Assembly: GCA_010093605.1 (NCBI GenBank)
Contig: MU004184.1
Span: forward strand, 1,250,801 to 1,314,800
Source: Lophium mytilinum
Lineage: Eukaryota
Direction of reading: 5' to 3'
DNA length: 64,000 bases
Positions 10,475-23,547 of the stretch are shown in pieces (the first letter of the stretch is position 1; each line of letters starts with the position of its first letter). Position numbers and translations under genes: made by a program. A model generated the notes under the pieces. It made no database searches, was not told the DNA's origin, and saw only the letters and a program-made list of their open reading frames with translations.

Positions 10475-13104
10475 TCACAAGATTTCCTGAAACTTGCTAT
10501 CCCGGTTCGGGCTTCCTTTACGTGCCGCAGCACCTGCCTCACTCTCGAAAGTCGGCGGTGGCACAAGACCGTCATCGAATGTGTCGCGCGCCTCCTCAAA
10601 CTCTTCCTCTCGACTCACACCACTCACGCCGCTGATCCCACTAGTGGTGCGTGCTGGCCTTTGGCGACCTCTAGTTGCAGCTTCCCCGTCGTCGCTAGAC
10701 AGCGAAGATATGCTCGGGGATCGGGCACGGGTAGGCGTGGAGACTCCCTCGTGTTGTGTGGCCGACGCAGTGGTTGCCTGCTCTTTGGACCTGGCCCCTG
10801 TGAGGGCAGAGCCTCCTGAGAAAGAAAGTTTCCCAGGCTCGTGTTTAGAGCGGCGGCTCTTGAACTTGCTGAAGATGCCTTTGAGGCCCTTAGAGTCTGA
10901 TTTGGTCGGAGACACAGGGGACGTAGGGGATGTAGGAGAAGTTGCCTCCTCCTCCGCAACTGATTTACGCTGAGCGGTTTCAGGTGCCTCTGGAGCGGCG
11001 GTGGGAGCCTCTACCGGCGTCGGGGGTTCATAAAGGTCGGCATCAGCCTCCTCGGCCCCAATGACTGGAGCTGTAGCGGCAGTGGTGGGAGTTTCAGGCT
11101 CAATGGTCTTCGGAGCGTCCCTAGAATTACGTTTCTCCTCCTTCTGGATCCGTTTTTCTTCGGCGCGTTTGGCCTTTTCGGCCTCTTTCTCTGACCGTGC
11201 TGCGGCTTTCTCTTCGCCTGTATTTGTTAGTCAGGGTTTCAACCAATAGTACACAATGACTTACCCTTGGCACGCTTTTCTTCAGCCTTCAGACCTGCAG
11301 ATCTTTCCTTCTCAGTGCGGGTTTGGCGCTTCTTCTCTTCATTGTCGAGCCTGATCTCTTCGTCCCTCGCCCTCTGCTTCTCGGTGGCATCGTTGATCTC
11401 GTCCAAAGTAGGTTGTATCCTCGCGGCAGCGACAGCATCAATCTCTGACTGGTCCATGAACTTTCCACCGCCCACATGCACCCTGCCATGGTTCACCATG
11501 CGGGCCTCGCTATCAGCTGCTGCTTTCGCACGCGCTTTGTTTTCCCAGTCCTCCATCATGGCTGGTGACATCTTCCCCGTCTCGTTGAAGACCTTGTCGT
11601 CCATACCAAGCATCTGAGCCTTGACCTTTCTTTCTGCAGCCGCCATCAAGTTCTGTCGATCTTGGGTACGTTTCTTTGCGTCAACTTGGGCAACAGTATT
11701 GCTGAACTGGGAGGTCTGGGCGCGGATACGACGAGCCCGGAACTCGTCGTCCGAATCGGCCTCCTCTGGATCGCTGGCAGCCCGCCTTCTCCCGCGCATG
11801 GAAAGTTTAGAGCGTTGCTTATTCTCGTAGCCGTAGTAGTTGCGGTACGCAGCCTCGTTGTCAACTGGGATCCTCGCAAGACGTTCCGCGGCAAGTCTTT
11901 GTGCCGCTTCTTGCACGTGGATGAACTGCATCGCTTGTTCTTTCACGTCCCCATCCGTCGTGGTGGGGGTCTGGCCGTGTGCAAAAGCAGCAGCTGATTG
12001 TCCATGCGAAGCAGCTCTTCCGGCTTTAGCGTCGTCGATGTGCTTCTGTTGAATATTGTACATTTGCTTCGCCATTGAAATCGCCGAAGCGCGAAGCGCA
12101 TTTTGGTGATTCGCCTCATCGGTTTCCATCCTGATGGGAGGATGCTCGGTGTACATTGACCTCGGAATTGACTTATTGTGCTGGATTCGAGCCGCTTCCA
12201 TAGCTGGGGACCCCATTCCCTTTGAGCTCCCCAGGGGTGCAGCCTTCGTGGAAGGCCGATGGGCCAGAGTAGCAGCACTAAGCGCATTCCTGGCGGAATT
12301 GGCAGAGTCTGGGTATGATGGGAGTGGGGCAGGTGTAGAGCCAGCTCGCTTTCTACGAGCTGATTCCGATACCGCTCCAGTAGCAGCCATCATTGCCCTC
12401 TTGCTTCCATCCTTTGTATATCCACGATCAAGCTCTGGGCTCAATCCCTTGGTTCGCATCGCGATGTTTGCAGCGGAGTTTCCGTCGGCGCTTGCTTCTG
12501 GCATCCAAAGATCGACCTTTCCTCCTCTATTCGCCGCTAGTAAAGCTGCCTTCGATCCAGCTGCGCTTGCCTCGGGCTGCCATAGAGGTGCCATCTTGTA
12601 GTCCTTCGCGAGAAACGCGGCCTTGCCTGCAGCGTCGGAGCTGTCCGGCTTCCACCACTCGGGCGACTTCGTGTTCGCGTTGGCGAGGGTAGCAGCAGCG
12701 CCTGCGGAGGCTAGAGTATCTATTCCGACGATGGGAAAGCTGGGGAGATCTTGCGGTCGAGCGTGCTTGAGGCTGGTGGCAGCACCTGCGACACCACAAG
12801 TCAGTCGTCTGTTGTGTTACACATGTAGTCTAAGGTAACAATACATACTTGCAGAAGAGAGCTTGCCGTTGGAATCTAAGAGAGAGCCTTTGGATTCTCG
12901 TGGATTGGACCCGCGCTCCGGGTGGGTCGCGTAGAGGGCAGCGTTGGAAGCCTGGTTCTGCAAGGCCGAGCCCTTCGTGGAGTGAGCCGAGGGATCCGGG
13001 CACTTCATGTCTGGCCCTGCGCCATTCGCCTGAGAGTGTGAATGGTGGTCCCCTGGCAGGGGCGCTTTGGACGCATCATTGGATGTTTGTGTTTGTGTCG
13101 CCAT
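10475..13104 (-). CDS. Eisosome protein Eis1-like (multi-exon)
   Basis: Ala-rich repeats (ASNAALYA, WWKPDSSDAAGKAAFLA, LWQPEASAAGSKAALLA), coiled coil with VHVGGGKFMDQSEIDAVAAARIQPTLDEI, C-terminal DSKFQEIL. Introns near 12.79-12.85 kb and 11.22-11.26 kb. Confidence 0.8.
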
Positions 13105-13685
13105 GGTGCGCTCGTTAGTCGGACGACTCGAGACAGATATCAGACTCGAGATGCGGGACACGCAGTTATGGAAGGAAGAGGAGGTGAGGTTCAGAGAATT
13201 GGGGACTGGCTCTGCGTAGTTCACTCCGAGCGATCATGGTGGTGTAGTTATGGGATAGTTTGGGGTGGCCTAGACTATTGGAAATGACGTAGTTCGAGCT
13301 GGAGCGCCTCGATAAACGGCGGCTGTCCGAGCGCGATGCGATCATGGCCAGAGTTAGTCCATCACCGGGTTCCTTCTCGGTGCTCACACCACGCTCTTCG
13401 AGAAAGCCGGCCCATCTATTCCCACTGGTGCGCTGCAATAAAACTGTTCCGGTACAGGCACTGCACCAGGAACTGCAGCACACAGCTTGCCTACTCCACA
13501 CAACGTGAAGCCGAAGTCATAGGATCGACGCAGGGTACCCGTGGCTACGGCCCTCCAAGTTGGCAGGGCACTATCCGCTATACGGACCTCCGTCATCACG
13601 GGCATCCTCTTAACAACATACTAACCTTGGAAAAATAACTCTTTGGTCTGTAACGACACATCCTCATGAAATTATCTACATCATC

Positions 13686-14732
13686 ATGGAGAACACAGCT
13701 ACCCCGTTCGCTACAATTCCCAACTTTCGAGATGTTGCAGAGATGATAAACACCACTATGGGCACTACGTCAGCAAACCTACCAATGATATATTTCCACA
13801 TCTGACTCTGTGACAGCTATATGAAAGCTGGACTGTTGTATCGCGGAGCACGTCTAGGTTGGTAGTGAATCTACTGTCTACTAAAAGAAGTATATTAACC
13901 AGATCTAGACGAAGCTTCCCCTGAGGATCGAAAGCGACTCGTCAACGACTATGGCATCAGAAACGTTATCGACCTCCGTACTAAGTAAAACATCTTAGCA
14001 TATCCACACATGGACAAAGTTCTCATAGCCAACAGGACCGAGCACATCCAACAAGCGCAAAAACGGGACGACAAAATCAAGAGCTCCGCCGCAGTACCTC
14101 AATCCAACAACGAAGTCGCAGAGCCGTTGAAGATCCCCGGAGTGACCTACCACGAGATCAACTTTAACGGCCACGCATTCTCCAAGATGCTCATCAACAA
14201 GCTCACCTGGAGGGAGTTTGGGCGGCTTGTGTGGCTCATGGCAACAGGCTACCGGCTTGACGCCATCAAGATCCTCAGCCCTCACATGCGTGCCGCAGGC
14301 CTTGTCGGACTCGCTAAAGACTCGCTGGATGTATGTACTAAGGAGGTCTACCAGGTCTTTGCTGTGCTCGCGGAGTCTGGCAACTGGCCGGTCATGCTGC
14401 ATTGCACGCAGGGGAAAGACAGGACGGGGCTGACGGTCATGCTGGTGCTGATGTTGCTTGGTGTACCACAAGAAGCGGTCGAGAAGGACTACATGGTGTC
14501 GGAGCCGAATCTGCTGTCTGAAAAGACAGAAAGAATGAAGGAGATTGAGTCGATTGGATTGACGGAGCATTTTGCTTCGTGTCCTCCGGAGTTGGTACCA
14601 GAAGTCCAAAATCATATCACGGAGAAGTATGGATCAGTGGAGAAATACCTGCTGAAAACAGGCGTCACAAAGGAGATGCAGGAGACGATAAAGACGAGGC
14701 TGCTTAATGTTCCTGATGGAAGCACTTTGTAA
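13686..14732 (+). CDS. Tyrosine/serine protein phosphatase (IphP/PtpB-like), several short 5' exons
   Basis: N-terminal NFRDV, LYRGA, VIDLRT motifs across short exons; catalytic HCTQGKDRTG; DYMVS. Confidence 0.9.
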
Positions 14733-15502
14733 CCGTAATACCCGACAATGAGTGTAATATTGAAGCGTTCAAAATGTCACGATGGTTGTAATTGTCTGTT
14801 ATTGGCTACTTTTAAAAATGCATCATCTCTTTCTATCTTTCGAACTCTCCTTTGCCATTACAAGCTCATCCGATTTAGCCAACCAGAAACGAGATTCAAG
14901 TCGGCTTTGGGATCAACCTCGCCTCTCGCAAGAAGTATGACAAGGGAGATAACCGGACCGACCAAGAGGACGTTTATATACTACGCGTGTAGAGCGGTGA
15001 TGTTCTGGACTAAATACTCAACATTGTGAGAGGAATTTAGGATACAAGAAAATGACCAGTATCTCTGGAGAAGCAAGATATTTTTGAAAGCGGCGCAAAA
15101 CAACAGTGAAAAGATAAGGTACCAACACAAAGCGATCAGCAAGAAAGGTCTTTGATCAAGGTCAGAGAAGGTGTCTTCGATAGCGTATATTGACAGTCCG
15201 CTAATTCAGCTCCTTGTCGAGGGGGATCTCTTACCATAGCCCTTGAGATCATTGTCCGTAACGAGTATTCTTGAAACACCACTAAAGCTGTATAGGGCAG
15301 CCCAGAAGTGGTTTGAGAGGACTTGGTCCCACGGATAAAACATCCAGTCTGATTGAGAGCTAGTGGCAAAGTCGTTTGACTAGAGGCCCGAGATCTGGTC
15401 ATCGCCAATCGATATCGGAAACGTCCATGAGGTGCTTCGGTGAGTAGTTTGCGTGGTTTAGTTGCTTAAGTCACAATTCGAACTGCGCGATAGATATTTT
15501 GT

Positions 15503-16410
15503 TAGACGCGGCGTGGACGCTGCGCCCACCTGACGTAGTCGTTTCTTATGCGATGAACGACAGGGTTGGAATCAGGACACCGTTAAGAGGATGAAGACAG
15601 CCTATCGACGTGCTTCTAAGAGGGAAAACAGGCATTTGTTACAAGTTTTGACAGATCGAACTGTCTAGACCTTTATTTGGTAGACGCGGAGGTGCACGCC
15701 ATGTGCACCTGGTGTAGTCACTTTTTGTTACAGAAGCAACAGGGTCGGAATCAAAAGGCCGTCAAGAGGATGAGGACAGCTCACGGAGGTGCACTGGAGA
15801 GGAGAAATGGACGTTTTGTTCCAAGTTTCAATAGATCGAACCGTAAGGACTTTTCTTTGCTAGACGCGGGGGTGCACCTAGTGTAGTTCCTTTTTGCTAC
15901 ACAATCAGCAGAGTTAGAATCGGCCTTCATTCAAGAGGGTGAGGGAAACTAGCTGGAGCACCTCCAACCCGAAAGTATAGCCCTTGGTTACAAGTTTGCA
16001 CATATTGAACGGCGTAAGACGTTTTTTAGTAGACTTGGAGGGTATGCAACAGTATACATTGCGTTCGCCTGGCAGTTCCTTCTTGTTAAACAAGCGACAG
16101 GGTCTAAATTGAGCTTCTCTCAAGAACTTGAGGGAAACCCGCTGGAGCACTTCCATTGAGAAATTAAAGCCGCTGGTAACAAGTCTTCACATTTCGAACC
16201 ACTGGGTACAGTTCTTGACAGAGGTTGAGGATACGCAATAGGACATATTGCGTGCCCCTGGGGTTGTCCCTTTCTGAGGCAATAGTGATAGGGCCTAACG
16301 TGTGTCTCCGTCAGGAGGATGAGGAGAAGTTGCTGGGGTACTTCCGAGCTGGACCCGGAGAGTCTGGTTACAAGTTCCGGCATAATGAACTGCGAGGAAC
16401 TCATTTTCCC
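15503..16410. repeat. Five diverged tandem units of about 170-190 bp
   Basis: (a/c)CAAGT anchors at 15641, 15821, 15990, 16179 and 16370 (spacing 180, 169, 189, 191). AAGAGGATGA-like and TAGAC motifs recur in register. Confidence 0.7.
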
Positions 16411-17394
16411 TCAGAGATAGAAGGTACCCGATTTACAGGCTGTGTTCATCGTTACGGTCCCCTTTTGTAGACACACATAGAGTGAATAGAGATATCTCAT
16501 TGAGCAAATGGCTAATATAATGACATGAAATGAATAGATTAGCGACTAAAATAGAAGAAGATGCGTGGTCTAGGGGAGGAGAGTGGGAGATTAGCAACCA
16601 GTGACTCTGTCGCACAATGCAACAGCTCACGAATGTGGGAGCATTTGACAGGCTTACAGCTGGATGGCGGAGTCCAGACATGTTTTAGTGAATTGCCAAG
16701 ACCTGGGGCCCCACTTCCGATACTCAGCCTTGGGCCGCCGTACTTACCTAGATCTCTACCAGTGAATTTTGGATGTCGCTGCCTGGATTTGTGTGTCGAA
16801 TCATAGTCTGATGCCTGAACCATGAAACTTTCTGACGTGGAGTGACACGTGGGGCCGATGACTCTGAGTGCTTTTCGCAAGAGGCGCACTGGGCGTTTAA
16901 TCGCTCATTTGCTGTGGTGTAGAGGTAGACGTCATCGCCATTAATCGTGAGAGACGTGGAATATCCGGTGTTGAGGAAAAGGCGTTGTGAGATTGGCCTC
17001 ATTTACGTGCCCGGGAGCGGGTGAAGGGCGAGCACGGAAGGCGACAAGATACACAGGACGGAAGAGGGCAGAAGGTTTCCAAGGTTTCACATGCGCAGTG
17101 TGAATTCTCTACCAGCGGACTCCGTTAGTGCGCTTCTGGAATGACGGGCTGATTGGGCAGCAATTCATGGTTCTCGTGAGGGAGGCCCGCAAGCGATGAT
17201 TCCGGGCTGCGCTGCTATTGTTCTACCGCGCTCTTCCTAATTTCGTCCTCCTTCCCACACACACCCCAAACCCGAAACCTTCCTCTTCACTACACGACAA
17301 ACACCTCCCGCGACACAAAGACCCAGCTACCTACACGACACCCGCAGAACCAACAGCAACCAGTGCGAGCAGCCCGCCCCTCCGAACCATCATC

Positions 17395-18494
17395 ATGGCT
17401 CCGTCTAAGTGGGGTACGTCATGCCATCCATTCCCCTGAGCCGCTTTTGTGCGCAGTTGGCAGCCGGCCTCTGTCGCGTTTGACGGACAAATACTGACTG
17501 TTTCAACTCTGTAGACGATGAAGAGGAAGATAGCACGCCTCCATCCTCCCCGCCCACCGTGCCCCTGGCGCGTCGTGGCAAGTTCGAAGACGAGGAGGAA
17601 GATGACAGCGATGTACGTGAGACCTCATCCCAACCGTCGCGTTTTCACTGTCGCATCGTCCTGTCGCACTCTCACTGCCCTTTATCATTCCTGTCGACGC
17701 GATTGCATGTGGTTGACTCGTTGCTGACACGTCGCAGGTCCTAGAATCTTGGGATGCCGCCGAGGACTCCGAGGTCGAGCGCGAGAAGCAGAAGAAGGTC
17801 GACGAGGCCAAGGCAAAGGCTGAGGCCGACGCCAAAGCCAACCACAAGTCGAAGTCACAACGTATTGAGGAGAAGCGTCAGGAGACGATGAGGAGGCGCA
17901 TGATGGACGATGACTCCACCGAGGAGGAGGAAGACGAGGCTGAGAAGCGCGCCCGGCTACGCAAGACGGAGCAGGACGCGGATCTCGCCCACGCCCAGGA
18001 CCTCTTCGGCGAGATCGCCATCTCCAAGAATCGCGCTGTGAAGCCCGTCACGATCCAGGATACTGCTGATCCCATGAAAGCCCTCGATCTCTCTTCCATC
18101 GCTCTCTTCAACCCCAACACCAAGGACCAGTTTTTCAAGCTCCGCGAAACTCTCGTCCCGCTTCTCACGGCCAACGCGAAGAAGGCGCATTACACGCTCT
18201 TCCTTCAGGAGTTCACCAAGCAGATCGCCAAGGAGCTGCCTAGCGACCAGATCAAGAAGATCGCCAGCGGCCTCACCACGCTATCGAACGAGAAGATGAA
18301 GGAGGAGAAGCTAGCCGAGAAGGGCGGCAAGAAGTCCAAGGCCGCAAAGACGAAGACCAGCCTGGTCGCAACACGAGACACATCACATAAGATTGACACG
18401 AACGCCTATGATGACTTTGGAGAGTAAGGAAACCTCCCCTTGATCTCGAGATACACAAACGACTAACACTTCCAGCAGTGACGACTTCATGTGA
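17395..18494 (+). CDS. HCR1: Translation initiation factor eIF3 subunit J (4 exons)
   Basis: MAPSKWDDEEE, VLESWD, EQDADLAHAQDLFG, IKKIASGLTTLSNEKMKEEK and C-terminal DDDFM*; canonical GT-AG introns. Confidence 0.93.
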
Positions 18495-21400
18495 GGGTTT
18501 CATCCGAAACCCCGCGATTCTGAGGACCTGAGGGCCCCTTGCATGCTATATCAGCTTCCTCCCTCCGTGCGGAGCACACGCTCCGGCGCGATTCCACGAC
18601 CGCAGGCGGCACCATCCTATCCCACCTCCGCCACCCGGGCATCCCGTTTCTCTGATAGACATTCCCCGCGTCGCCGCCAATACTCTTCCCTCTCCCAGAG
18701 GCCTTATATTAGTTTACTGGGATTATTGGCGCTGAGGGCTGCGAGCATGGAATACATGTTGCCATTTTTCTGCGTTGCTTGATTTGATTTGCCTGGTACT
18801 TTCAGTGCCGTTTTCCTTGGTCTTTTCAATTGTTTGGCTGGTCTCATGGGAAAGTGCAATGCAATATGCATTTGGGGCAAGCATAGAGGATAGGTCCTTT
18901 TAATAAGCAGATTGGCAGCCGAGTTGTGCGTATAGTCAATAGTGTGCGAATTCCCACTTTTGAGCTTCATGGGTATCCCTTCAATCGCGTGAGGTCTCGA
19001 CCGCCGTGTGACTAGTTTGGCCGACGACAGCCTCACCTTTACACCTCGCGATTCTTACTCAACGAGTCAATGTCTTGGATGTCGAAAGGGGACAAAGCAA
19101 TCTCCGAAGCAAACAATAGGTAGCAAAGCCACAGCCCACGCCATCTTTTACCGCCGCATCCATGCCTCTCTCGCGTTGTCAGACAAACGTCTCCTCTCCA
19201 GCCTCTTCAGCGACGTCAGTTGGTACACGATACGTTTCCAGATCCTAGATCCTTGGCAGTTCAGTAGCAAAGCCCCTGCTGACAACGGTAAAAGCTTGAT
19301 GTTTTGAAACGGTCCCTGCAGGTGGCTAAAATTAGCCTGTTCGCATTCACGCCTCCATGTGGCTAACAGCTGGAGGTTGCGTCGATATGACATGCATCTG
19401 ATAATAAGATTGGCGTGCAGGCAAGCAAGGGCGGGAAGGGAGGAGGGGTTGCGGTTCGCGCGTTGGGGTCACAGGGTTGGAAGAGTGAATGTCTCCTAGG
19501 ACCCACGCTAAGATCCTGCGCCACTCAGCCTCCTGTCAGCACAAAGCTGTCAGGATGTTCGACAGCAGCTGGAGGCATTTGAAACGCCGGAAGGACCGGA
19601 CGGGAACAATAGACGGTGGTTGTGATTGTGCCTGACGATCCAGGTGGCTTTCGCGGTGCAAGGCCCGGGGCAGCTGGCAGGTCGTTCGCTCGCTCGCTCG
19701 GCAAGGCCAGTTGCTACACACATGGGATCGCGAGGACCTTGCTTGGTGGCGTGTGGCTAAGGCTGTCTTACTCACCCCCGGAGTCTGGGGGCGTCGGATT
19801 GATGAGCGCAAGAGGCGACCCTGTCCAACCGATGCGGCGGCGGGTGGCATCGTCATTGCACGGCTGCGATGCGAGGCTGACTTTCTCCTCCACACCGGTA
19901 CTGGATCAAGGGGGACAATAGTCTACTGAAGCAGCGGGGCGCGCATTCGGACAGGAGTCGTGTGTCGTGGCCAGCGCTGAGTGCCAGGCCGGCATCTGCC
20001 AGATTGTAGCCACAGCATCGATACAGTATCGGTACGCGCGTCGCGATTGGCCGGCGGGTTCGACATCAGGCTGAAGGGTTGCAGTCGTCAGGGCGCTGCG
20101 TGGCTCTCTCCCAGACGAGAGTAGCAGTGGAGTAGCCTCGAGTAGCTGGGCCTGGCAATTGAGTAGCCTCGAGTAGCCGGGTCTGCGCATTCGGAAGACA
20201 GGCTTGCTGGCCATTCACTGGTTCGCATCCTCATCCGCGGCCACGTCCTCAGCAGCGGCTCCATTCGGCCAGTGGACGGGGCAGCGATGCCTATTCCGTC
20301 GGCCAGCATCTCGATGAAGCCAGCTCCGCCACACGCCTGACGCCGCCGAGGGCCTTGGCCAGCAGTGGGCGAGAATCTTGGATTGTTGGGCCCATCGCGG
20401 GAGTTGAGGTGGTGATGATGCGTGATGCGCGCTGGCCTGCGACCGACGGCGTGACTTGCTAACGCTTCGGGGACTTGTTCGCGCAGGCGGGTTAGAGGGG
20501 AGCAACGCTGCGTGTGGCGTCCGTATTCTTGTCACCAACAGGGCCCCGAGGTGCGAGGATCACTGGGCGCCCCGGCAGAAGAGGTGGAAGGCTGTGTTCG
20601 TTGCCACCCCTCGGATACTCAGCCCATCCATCTCGAAACCACCTGGGCACTCTCTTTCCACGACGAACCACAACACCGGCGCGCCTCGAGCAATCCATTG
20701 CCCAGCTGTCTGCGGCGCGCGCTCCCACCCTCCAGCTCAGATCCAGCCCGCACTGTGCGCCATCGCCGTGGGCTTTCCCCGAGAGCCGTCTTGTGCGCCA
20801 GCCACCCGACGAATCGCTCTAGCACCCGCCACAGCCTGCCCGTGAAGCGTCATCGTCCAAAGACACGCTCAACGCATTCTACCACCATCCTACCCCAGCT
20901 CCCATCGCGACACGAGCCCAGCGCACACCCAAGTGACAGGACGACACCCGCAGAGCAGACCCGTACCTGCATCCGTCCACTCTGCTGCCGCTGCCCGCCG
21001 CCGCCCGTCGCATCGAGCATCGAAGCATCCCCAGAGCATCGAGGCGACAGCGCCCCAGCCCGCCCGAACCGCACCCACCCCCCCAAGCCGCTTCACCAAG
21101 CTGCCCAGCGACTCCCGCCGCTGCTCCCGTAGCAAGTGCCCAAGATTGACCTGGTCGAGCAGCATCTGCAACAGCTGCTGGCCTGGCCGCCCACTATTCA
21201 CCGTCCGGTCGAGCTTCGCCTCACCACCACGCCCGCTTCCGCTCGCCGACCCGCGTCGTCTGACGTCCCCCGCCCGTTGCACCTCCATGGCCGTCGAGAT
21301 TGCGTGAAATCGGAGGGTCATTCTGCTGCTGCGTCGAGCACACTTGCTGTCAGGCTTGCGTCCCAATCAGGTGCGTAAACGCATGCGCTTCTGCCCCATG

Positions 21401-21552
21401 CAGGGCCAATCATGTTTGCGGAGCCTCTCCATGTCCCCCAGGCACTGCGATTGTTGCGCATTGCGCGGAGCTGAGAGCCATGGCTGACCTGAAGACTAGG
21501 TTCCCGGTAGATCACCGCCCTTTTGCAACTACCTCCCTTGATCCATTTGTCC

Positions 21553-23547
21553 ATGGCTGCTTCAACTCGCGCCATCACCCCCACACACACAGGTCACTTT
21601 GCTGCCGCAAACGCCCCGTCTACACCTACTTCTATATCCTCCGTCGCGCAACCAATTGGTGAGCTCTGACTGACTTCTCCCACTCCTTCACATTCTGACA
21701 TGCGCGAAGCAGCCTCCCAAAACCTGGCCACGCGTCTAACGAAGTCCCCTCTGCCGGGACTGTCGCCGCGACTGTCTCCTCAGCCTCTGACCGGGGCTGC
21801 TGCTATGGCAGACGAACGTCGCCACCGGGAACAACAGGCACGAGAAGCCTCTCGGCAGACGAGTCCGAATCCCGCAATGGCCGCGCTCAAGACTCTAGTC
21901 GGCGTCGATTCCTCGCCGGTGAGCCGACCAACAGACGCGCCGCCTGCGCCAACACAGATCAGCGAGCCTTTGGCCAAGGCGATGAAGAGCATCGTCATAC
22001 CAGAACAGGTTACGCATGACAACATGCAAACAAGTCCGGTAAGCTTGTCAAGCTTTGGCTCTGCAGACAGCACCACTGCCCCTACTGCGACCGCAACGGA
22101 GGCAACATCAGGACCACTGGCGTTGGGGAGCATACCGGTGGATGGTGCGGTGAACTCGAACTCGTCGCACGCGCCTTACAACGGACCGGGCGACACCCCG
22201 ACGGGAAGCAGGGCGTTCACGTACCCCGGCCCTCCTCCAGCAGAACATGATCCCCGCGCGCCACAGCGAGGCATGAGTCTTCCTGGCTATCCCCAGAACA
22301 GTCCGAAATCGCCATCCTCCACGAAGCGTCATAAATGCCCTTATTGCGCCACTGACTTTACGCGCCATCACAACCTCAAAAGCCACTTGCTCACGCACAG
22401 CCAGGAGAAGCCGTACGAGTGTCCCACGTGCCAAGCTAGGTTCCGTCGGTTACATGATCTGAAACGCCACACTAAGCTGCATACCGGCGAACGACCGCAC
22501 ACCTGCCCGAAATGTGGACGCCGGTTTGCGCGCGGAGATGCATTGGCGCGGCACAACAAAGGCCAGGGTGGATGCGCGGGGCGAAGATCCAGCTTTGGAA
22601 TGGACGACGATATGGACGGGAAGGGCGACGAGAGTATGGACGGTGTCTTGTACCACGGGGACCACGGAGATGAGGAAAATTTGGAAGATGACGACGATGC
22701 AGGAGGTCGGAGGGTCAGTGAGCCAGCGCGCAAGAGGCAGAATACCGGAAACTCGATGCAGGGACCATATCACCAGCACTCGAGTACATACCCACCTCCC
22801 CCGAGTAGAGTGCCAAACATGGGCAACAACAACGCCAGGCCGATATACGCAAACCCAGGCGTCTCCGGTTCGTCACGAGATCAGTCGACGAACCTTAGCC
22901 CAAAAAACGCGCCCTCCAGTATATCGTCCCTGCATGCATACACCAACCAATCCGGAACGTTTGCAGGAATGACGGAAAGCCCCAAGCCAATTTCGCCTGG
23001 CCATCCAGACGGCCACCACCGCTTGGGTATATCCGAAGCTGGATCTCACCCCGGCGCCCGCTCTCCGAGCTTGTCCCAGCAGATTCATCAACAGAACTTC
23101 TCTCGCGGCGCTGGACGCGGTTCTTCGCCTATGGGTCTCCCACCGCCACCTCACAACAACTCCAACGCACCTCAACTGCCGTCTTTGCCCGGTCTCTCCT
23201 CAGACATGCGGATCAATCTGCCCAACAAAGGCCCACAAGCAGCCGGCAAGGCAGGCCCCAGTTTGCTCCAGCACCAGCAAGTTCCCGGCCCTGCAGCTCA
23301 GCCCCCGTCGAATCCAGGTAGCATGTCCAGCCACACCACCAACAGTGGTAATAGCATGCGTGATCATATGGGTGGTGCGGATGTATGGGCGCACATCCGC
23401 GAGATCGAAGGCCGCTTTTCCCGTCAGTCAGAGGAGCAACAGGCGCAGATCGCACGTCTAGAAAACGAAGTAACAACCTTACGCGCACAGCTGGCGCAAG
23501 CGGGTGCGCAGCCTCAAGGCCAGACGCAGCCCACAGGGGCACATTAA
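21553..23547 (+). CDS. C2H2 zinc-finger transcription factor (3 fingers, C-terminal coiled coil); intron 21659-21712
   Basis: CPYC..DFTRHHNLKSHLLTH, CPTC..RFRRLHDLKRHTKLH, TGERP linker, CPKCGRRFARGDALARH. ATG 21553 splices in frame across a GTGAGC-CTGAC-CAG intron that contains the ORF-track ATG at 21700. Confidence 0.9.

Noticed and set aside
19536..21378. Many overlapping ORFs on both strands
   Set aside because: Expected in GC-rich DNA with few stops; translations are Arg/Pro/Ser-rich with no domain.
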